A stretch of 40,690 nt of DNA, from assembly GCF_006345805.1 (NCBI RefSeq), contig NW_021835901.1, positions 1 to 40,690 of the forward strand, read 5' to 3'. The notes below the pieces were generated by a model. That model did not search any database. It was not told where the DNA came from and worked only from the letters and a program-made list of their open reading frames with translations. Within the stretch, counting starts at the first letter, position 1. Each line of letters opens with the position of its first letter. This DNA is from Octopus sinensis (lineage: Eukaryota). Both the position numbers and the translations under genes were made by a program. Below are positions 13,593 to 23,000 of this stretch, one piece after another.

Positions 13593-13607
13593 ATGTATGT
13601 ATGTATG

Positions 13608-13641
<34 letters not shown>

Positions 13642-14847
13642 TGTATGTATGTGGTGTATGTATGTATGCATGCATGTATGTATGTATGTATGTATGTATG
13701 TATGTGTGTGTATGTATGCATGCATGTATGTATGTATGTATGTATGTATGTATGTATGTGTGTGTATGTATGCATGCATGTATGTATGTATGTATGTATG
13801 TATGTATGTATGTATGTATGCATGCATGCATGCATGCATGCATGTATGTATGTATGTATGTATGTATGTATGCATGCATGCATGTATGTATGTATGTATG
13901 TATGTATGTATGTATGTATGTATGTATGTATGTATGTATGCATGCATGCATGTATGTATGTAGTGTATCGCCAATTGTTATGACGATACTGTTTACACAA
14001 TAACCTTGTAGTAACAAGAAAGCATATTCCGGAGCTGAGTAACAACAACTGTCCATTAAACACTCTGCGAGCTATACACGAACCGACAAACAGTATTACA
14101 AGAAACTATGAAAAGAACACCTTACGAATACCTGCAATTAACACCTACTCTCTCTGGTCTATCACACCTCTGCTATTTATAGGTAGCCAGTCAAGTCTGT
14201 TCCCGCAGGGGTTGTCATGATTCGCACCACAACATATAATCAACCCCAGGACTTATTCTTTGTAAGCCTAGTTCTTATTCTATCAGTAGCTTTTGCCGAA
14301 TTATGGGGACGTAAACACACCAGCATCGATTGCCAAGCAATGTTGGTGGGGACAAACACAGACACACAAACATACACTCTCACACACATATATATACATA
14401 TACGACGGGCTTCTTTCAGTTTCCGTCTACCAAATAAACTCACAAGGCTTTGGTCAGCCTGAGGCTATAGTAGAAGACACTTGCCCAAGGTGCCACACAG
14501 TGAGACTGAACCTGGAACCATGTGGTTGGTAAGCAAGCTCCTTACCACACAGCCACCCCTGTATATATATATTTAAAAAGAAAATTATTAAATAAATAAA
14601 TAAATAAATATATAAAAAATAAAAATAAAAATAAAATATATATATATATAAATTTATAAAAATAAATAAATTATTTTAATTTTTAACTTTAAATTTAAAT
14701 AATTTAAATTTTAAATTTTGTATTTTATATATTTTGTATATTATATTAATTATTTTTATTTCTATGTTTTGGTTTATGTTTTTCACTGTTTGATTTGCCT
14801 AATATTGGTTTTATCTCTAATTCAATTTATATATATATATATATATA

Positions 14848-14901
<54 letters not shown>

Positions 14902-14921
14902 ATATATAATATATATATATA

Positions 14922-15000
<79 letters not shown>

Positions 15001-15102
15001 ATATGTATATATATACATACATATATATATGTATATATATATATAATATATATATATGTATATATATATAATATATATATATATATCTATATATATATAT
15101 AT

Positions 15103-15141
<39 letters not shown>

Positions 15142-15291
15142 GTATATTATATATATATATATATATAATATATATATTATATATATATATGTATATATAT
15201 ATATAATATGTATATATATATATATTGTATATATATATATAGATATATATATATTATGTATATATATATAATATATATATATATATGTATG

Positions 15292-15359
<68 letters not shown>

Positions 15360-15431
15360 TATAATATATATATATGTATATATATATATATATGTATATA
15401 TATAGTATATATATATATATGTATAGATATA

Positions 15432-15478
<47 letters not shown>

Positions 15479-16966
15479 ATGTGTGTGTGTATCTCACCTC
15501 CATAACATTCATGTATGTGTGTGTGTATGTACAGGAATGTTAAGGATGTGGACACTAACCAACTCACCTGTTTTATGAACCCCTTATTAATATAGCAACA
15601 TCATAATTCTTCTTTACTAGTTTTGATCTGCTAATTATATGTTCACTCTTGTTCTGCTCCCCTAAAATTTTCTATAGTGAGAGATAAATATAGATTAGGC
15701 TGAAACAATCTGTTTAAGACCCCTTAATAGATTTATCATGTTCCTAACACATATCCATAGCATGATATAGAGAGACCGTACAGAAGGTTGTCCTCACTAA
15801 CAAACATCAAATGTACATGATCAGGTTGATCAAGTACCCAGTAGAAGACAACAATGACACATCCACCCTAATTTTCATGTACATTTTCAATTTCTATTTT
15901 TACTTCCACAAAGGATTCAGTGAAACTGGATACTGAGAACAATCGTAAAAGAACACCCTTACTGGAAGCCGTGTCTGCAGCCCACCTCGGAATAATCCAT
16001 GACATTATCACGCACGGTGCAAACATGAATGCCATCGACAATGATGGCAATAATTGTTTGCACCTTTCCATAATAAGGAAAGAGATATTCCATTCTGAGG
16101 TGGAACCCATTCCCATTTTAGATGAGGTAAGTTTTAAAAATTGTTTGTGAATATATGTGTGTGTGGTTGGCATTAGGAAGGGCATGCAACCGCAGAGACT
16201 ATGCCAAAACTGGCAATTGGTGCCTGAGCAGCTCTGCAGCTGCCCAGCTTCTGCCAAACTATCCAACCCATGCCAGCATAGAAAACGAATGTAAAATGAT
16301 GATGAGGAGGATGTGTGTATGTGTGAGAGAGAGAAATAGAGAAACAGGCAGACATTGTTTGCTATTTTCTTTCACTCCCATCCACTTCTCTTCCTTTAGT
16401 ATTAAATAATTCAGTTTCTCCTGATAGCACTAGTTGTATTATGTAACTAACAATATTCCATCTCCTTTCAACTTCAAAAACGTGGCCACTCCACTGTAAA
16501 GAAGGTAACCCATCTTGGATATTGGTCATATAAACACTGCCATCACATATAAAGGAGAGGTGACCAATGACAGAGATGCAGGGTAGAGTAGAGTTCTTTG
16601 TGAGATGAAAGATGATAAACCTTTATAATGCTGGTTAGGGTTAGGCTGACATAATCCAGAACATTCTATGAAGAATGTTCTCTGAAACAGCTCTCTATCA
16701 CACCTCGCCATTAGATTCGAGAGCTATATTTTCATAGTGTTACTCTTTTTTACCCTTTTTACTCTTTTACTTGTTTCAGTCATTTGACTGTGGCCATATT
16801 GGAGCACCGCCTTTAGTCGAGCAAATCGACCCCAGGACTTATTCTTTGTAAGCCCAGTACTTATTCTATCGGTCTCTTTTGCCGAACCGCTAAGTGACGG
16901 GGACGTAAACACACCACCATCGGTTGTCAAGCAATGCTAGGGGGACAAACACAGACACACAAACAT

Positions 16967-17065
<99 letters not shown>

Positions 17066-20000
17066 CATATATACGACAGGCTTCTTTCAGTTTCCGTCTA
17101 CCAAATCCACTCACAAGGCATTGGTCGGCCCGGGGCTATAGCAGAAGACACTTGCCCAAGATGCCACGCAGTGGGACTGAACCCGGAACCATGTGGTTGG
17201 TAAACAAGCTACTTACCACACAGTGACTCCTACGCCTATGTTTTTATTTTTCTAGTTTTTTGTGTTGATTTTAAGCTACTTTTGTTGTTCTAAGCTTATG
17301 ATTATTATTATTATTATTATTTACAGAAGTTTTACTCTCCACCGCTTCCTCATTTAATGTATGTTTGTTTGTTTGAAAGACCTCAGCATCTATCCACTGC
17401 TAGATCTGATGGTGTTTATTGTCTGTTGTTGCAGAATTTAAGCAACTCTTTGATTCCCTAATATGTAACGGTCACTACAGATGTGTGGCTGTATTTCAGA
17501 CAGTTGATGGTCACCTATGTATTGTTGTAATGTCTTCTTTGGTGAGAAGAAGTTACTCTAGCAGTCAACGACCCATTATTATAGGAATTGTCTATCAGAC
17601 TAACAGTTTCAACAATTTCTTGACTATAATGTGTTGGTGTGTTGCCTCAACCACCACACCAATCTTTACTTCACTTCATCAGCCAAAAATGTTTCTTTAT
17701 AAATTTTGGAAACATTATTGATATGCTTGGATATGTCTGTCTGGTGTTGGTTTTGTTGCTGTGTCTGAAGAAATTATTATGTTCTTGGTGTTCTCTGTTC
17801 ATTGTTTGTTGTTATGGAAATGAGTTGCACTTAGTGACCAGTGAATCGTTTCCCAATCAATATTTGGATTATCGAAATTACTAGTAGGAAAATATGAGTG
17901 ACTACTTTCATAGATGCAGATCTGAAGATGTCAAAAATCTGAGTTTTGATGGCAGTTTTGCAGATGGTAAACAAATTCAAGTAGGAGTATATATGTTGTT
18001 AAAGAAATACTTCTTGTTGCGACCAGTTAAAATCTCCACAAGGAATTACAGAAAATCTTGAGTGACCACAGACCACCAGACGACCCCCATGGTAATTAGA
18101 ATGGCCTTTGTGTAACAAAATGTAGCTTGCCATTGTTTGTTGTTATGTTGTTGTGTTATATTTATATATACAATACTCTTCCATAAGTATTTCTTTTGTT
18201 ATGGCCAGTTGGCTTTATCAAGCCAGTTGTAAAGATAGGTTCTTGTTGGTTTGTTGTGTTCTGTTATTTGTGATACTTGTTCCATTATATTTCCTACATT
18301 TGACATGATTTGTTTATCTACAATATATATTTGTGTAATATTCTACTCATCGTTTTATATTTCATCATTTGCAGTGCTGCAAAGAGCTCCCACTGGACGA
18401 GGATAGAAGGCTCTCTGGAATTGTAGTTTTGAGTTATCTTGCCAACCAAGGAGCCAGCTTATACCATCGTAATAATAAGAATATGACCCCATTGGACTAC
18501 ATAAAAAATCAACTTTTAAAAGAAAATTTACAAACATTTTTACGATCACTGTAAGTACTCAGATAAACCAGGACATTTTCTCTTTTGTATATAATCATGT
18601 TTATATGTTTATTTAGTTTGAATTCTCCCAATGTATTATTCCGTCAAACATACATATCGTATATAATTAATTCTCAGGGCTTTGTTCAATGTTAGAAGGG
18701 AAACCTGTTTTGTTACCTGGTATCAGCCTGGTTACTTTTGATCAGGCATCAAAAGTCGTGGCACCCACTGAGCTGAAACCTTCGACATGCCAAGTTCGTT
18801 ATGCAGAATGTTCTCAACTTATTCACGGGAGAGTTTCCTACAGCATTAGTTATCTTGATTAATTTTTAAATGTCTGCCGTCCATTACTGTGTGGTGAACA
18901 TGGTCAATGTTTTCTTGGGTGGTGGCTGTGGCAGGACGTCCAGACCTTGGGTCATCTTCAAGACTTTTCCTACCTCTCTTGAATTCAGTTGCCCATATTT
19001 GCAGAGTTGATAAAGCTGGAGCATCATCCCCTAATGTAGCAACCGTGTCAGCATGAATGACCTTGTGGGGGCTAACCCCTTTTTCTGCAGATATCTGATA
19101 ACACCATGGTGACAAATTTTATCCATTTTCACAAAATGTCTCTAGTGCCACTTTTGCAAGCCCTCAATTCTGATTCCTATGTGGGTTTATCTGGAAAGAA
19201 AAAATGCAATTCGCATCAGTAAAGGTTGAATTTAATGCGTGCCAAGTTTAATTACTGTATGATAATTCCTCCTTAGTCAGCCTATAATATTTTCAGCCCA
19301 CCCTTGTATGTGTATGCTAATGTGACACTTGTATGCACACAAATCTGCTTGTATGTAATTGTTTACAGAAGAATTTACGATGTACTCTTGCTGGTTACTG
19401 TTGTGCCCCTTAATATTCTGTACTCTAAACATGTCCACAACGAAATATTTTATTATAAATGAATGTTAATGATGGGATGTGTTAATATTTTGTTCCACAG
19501 GTGTCGGTGGTGTCAAGAGAAAAAGGCTACTGTCACACTCCATCCATGTCAACATACTGTTATTTGTCAGAATTGCTGTTCTCAAATGACATTTAAGCAA
19601 TGCCCCATATGTCGACAACACATACACAGCAAAAGTGGATTTGGTAAGAACATTCTTTCTTGATCTGTCTGTTGTCTCATTAACTTTCTGGTATGGAATA
19701 ATGCACTTCATATTGTAGTGGAGACATGCAACTCCTTGTTTGTAACTATATATTATTAACACTTGTTATAATGTTTGCCATCCTTTTAGACATTTTATAC
19801 TCACACTCGTTAGTTTTTAGATGTGATTAATGCTAAAAGAGACATTGTTTTCTGACTCTTTCACCTTTTGGCTTTACTTTTGAGTTGATTCGTTTTAATT
19901 CGAACATGAAGCCTGGTCATTGCTCCAAGGTGGTATCAGAAAGTTCACGGACTAGTTCTGTAGCATGCCAACAGATGGCAGCACACCGTTCAGCACACAG

Positions 20001-23000
20001 TGAGAGCTAGCAATGACTTTCATGAGGCAGTGTGCTGGGTGACACCACTGCGTTTACTTCAAAAGTTGTGAAATTTGTGCTTTTGTGGTCATTTGTAGGC
20101 TGTAGTCTGCAATTTTCTAATGGGCAGGAACAAATAACCAATGTGAAATTTTGTGTTAAACTTGTCCAGCAAAGACATAAGAAAGAAGCAACAAAACTAA
20201 GAGAAAAAGAATGTTATGAAGTGATAACTAAGTGAGAGAATTTCAGAATTGTTAGATTAGTATATAGGATGTCTTAAGAGAACGATGAGATTTAGAAAGG
20301 CTTACCCATTTTGTTCTTGTTGTAAATATTGAACTATTATATAGTAACAGCTTAGAAAGTGTTGACCGAAAGCATAGTGGTCACCAATTGACTATTGATG
20401 ATATGAATGCCTTACAATAATGGAATATAGATTATTAAAAGAGACAAAGAAATTTTACTATGAAGTATAAAACTCTGAAATGCTTATTTCAGTGTGTCCA
20501 AAGTTTGAAGAGAAAGCAGTCCAGGCGGTTGTAGAGTCTGTTGGTGAGTATAAAATAACTGTAATTGATTTCTATAAATTTTACCTTCACCTGAGATGTA
20601 TTATTTGTGTGAATGACTGAGAACAGGTTCCATTCTTAATTTCCAATTCTTATTTCAGAGTGTCCAAGGTGTAGAGAAAAAACAGTCAAGACGGTTGCAG
20701 AATCTTTTGGTGAGTATAAAATAACTGTAATTGATTTCTATAAATTTTACCTTCACCTGAGATGTATTATTTGTGTGAATGACTGAGAACAGGTTCCATT
20801 CTTAATTTCCAATTCTTATTTCAGAGTGTCCAAGTTGTAGAGAAAAATCAGTCAAGACGGTTGTAGAATCTTTTGGTGAGTATAAAATAACTGTAATTGA
20901 TTTCTATAAATTTTACCTTCACCTGAAATATATTATTTGTGTGAATGACTGAGAACAGGTTCCATTCTTAATTTCCAATTCTTATTTCAGTGTTTCCAAA
21001 GTCTGAAGAGAAAGTAGTCAAGACGATGGTAGAATATTTTGGTGAGTATAAAATAACTGTAATTGATTTCTATAAATTTTACCTTCACCTGAGATGTATT
21101 ATTTGTGTGAATGACTGAGAACAGGTTCCATTGTTACATTTCTTTCGAATGGTTAGCAATAAAAGTAATCTATTCTCTACCTAAAAATGCAAGAATATCC
21201 AATAAAGGGGTTTTATGAGACACAGGAAAAATGTCTTTCACGATAAGGAAAAAATACAAAAGATGAAATATAAACCCCGAAGCGGTTCTCTACCCTTAAT
21301 GAGACACATTCACTTTTCTCTCATCTCATTGTTGTCTCCCTCCCCCCCTCTCTCTCTCAGCATCTACAAGTAGCAGCCTCTAGTTTCCAGTCGTGTAACA
21401 ACATGAATTATATTTAAAATATTGATATTACAGAAATTTAATAAAATGTCCAGCAGTGTTGGCCCTGTTGCTAAAATGGTTAAATTAGAAAAAAAACAAA
21501 ACAATAGAGTTAATATTGTGTTTTGAATGAAGGAAGAAAAACATTTTGTTGTTTAATGGTAAACAGGTGAGTTAATGACAGTGTTTGTTTGTTGTACATT
21601 TTCAATAAGTTTACTGATTATTGTTGTTGATGTTCTTGTTGAACAAGATGGTTAAGTTGAAAGCTTACAAGTGTGATCACCCTGTCTTTTTTTTCACTGT
21701 TAGTAAATCTATCATTACATCCATTAAAACGATGTCTTTGTCCAAGTAAGAAGCTTTGGTCTGCTGCTGAGACAATTGCTCTCTCTCTCTCTCTCGCACT
21801 CTCTCTCTCTCTCTCGCTCTCTCCTTAAGGCAGACATTGGCTGCAAGATACAATACAATCGATGTTATTGTCCTCATCATTTATAGTCTGCTCTCCTTGC
21901 TTCCATGTAATGGATGGGTGATCACTGTCCAAGTCAGTTCTTATTCAGAGTTACTGTCCCCCTTGACTGCTTGAGAAACACATCTCCCTTAAACATTCCA
22001 CCTTTTCTATAGTGGGATGCCCCCCCCCCCACACCAACCACTTCATAAAGAGTCCTGAGTACATTTTAATGTGGCACAAGTACTAGAAAGATTTTCATGT
22101 GTCCAACATTGAAACTGGAATAGCTGTAGGTTGCACACTATCAATCACTTGGTTTGTGCTTGTTATGGGGATCGGCAGATTTATGAGAAGAAATTACTCA
22201 GGCAAAATCACCTAAGAAGACATTCATGGATGACATAAAAATGCTAACAAGAGATCCAAAGTATATGCAATCAGTCCTAGATAGATTGGATGGACTAATT
22301 AATTGCTCAAGAATGCTGTTTGAAACAAATAATGAATGCATTCTGACATTTGTGAAAGGTCAACAGAAGCAAGTGAAGTTCAAAATAGCAGGAGAAACGA
22401 TGTGAAAGGTTAAAGAGTAACTTGTAAAATGTTTTGGACTGTGGTAGACGATCTCATTGTCCGATAAGAGTAGAGGCATTGATGTCATTGCGGAAACCGA
22501 GGATGGGCAATAAGCATTTGCCAAGTCAAAACTTCTGGGCAAAAACAAGATTTGGTGCTTGAAGTTTGATCTATATCACCATCTTGATAATATATTCTTA
22601 AATATCACTTCTTTTGTACCATTTCAGATGTTTTTCCTTTGCGAAAATCTGTGTATATTTGAATGTTGTTAAAGATGTTTTGTGCAAGTATACAGTGTTT
22701 TAGGATACTTGCTATCACTTTCTGTTTCACCTGTGTAGAACTAATCATTGCTCATCAGGAAAGAAAAGCATTTCATTAAGGAGTCCTTAAATATTTCCTG
22801 AATCAGATGAAATTCTGGTGAACTGTGAGTTGCATAGTTTAAAATTAAAGATTAAAAGCAGCAACGTTTGACAAAGATAACAGGTGTGACATGAGTTTGT
22901 GTCAAGGTCGTTGATGACCAGCTTGGTTGACATCAGAATTAAGCAAAAGATGAGGGGAATGTTGATTAAGTGAAGTCCAGTGGTGAGGGGACAATGCCAT

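Larger units (their letters stand above)
20483..21133 (+). repeat. 166-bp tandem repeat x4 (51-nt exon + 115-nt intron)
   Basis: Exon starts at 20493, 20659, 20825 and 20991; introns nearly identical. Confidence 0.95.

Noticed and set aside
13148-14063. Long ORFs (214-302 aa) rich in HTYI/MYVC
   Set aside because: Translations of the (TATG)n microsatellite; open in all frames only because the repeat lacks stop codons.
13959-14233. Possible solo LTR (TGT...ACA ends)
   Set aside because: No convincing target-site duplication and no second copy in the window.
17918-17965. CTGAAGA followed by a hairpin (GTCAAAA/TTTTGAT)
   Set aside because: No GAAA or stem III follows.
20483-21133. CRISPR-like pattern of constant repeats and variable 51-nt spacers
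   Set aside because: The spacers are homologous to each other and bounded by AG/GT splice sites; eukaryotic context with no cas genes.
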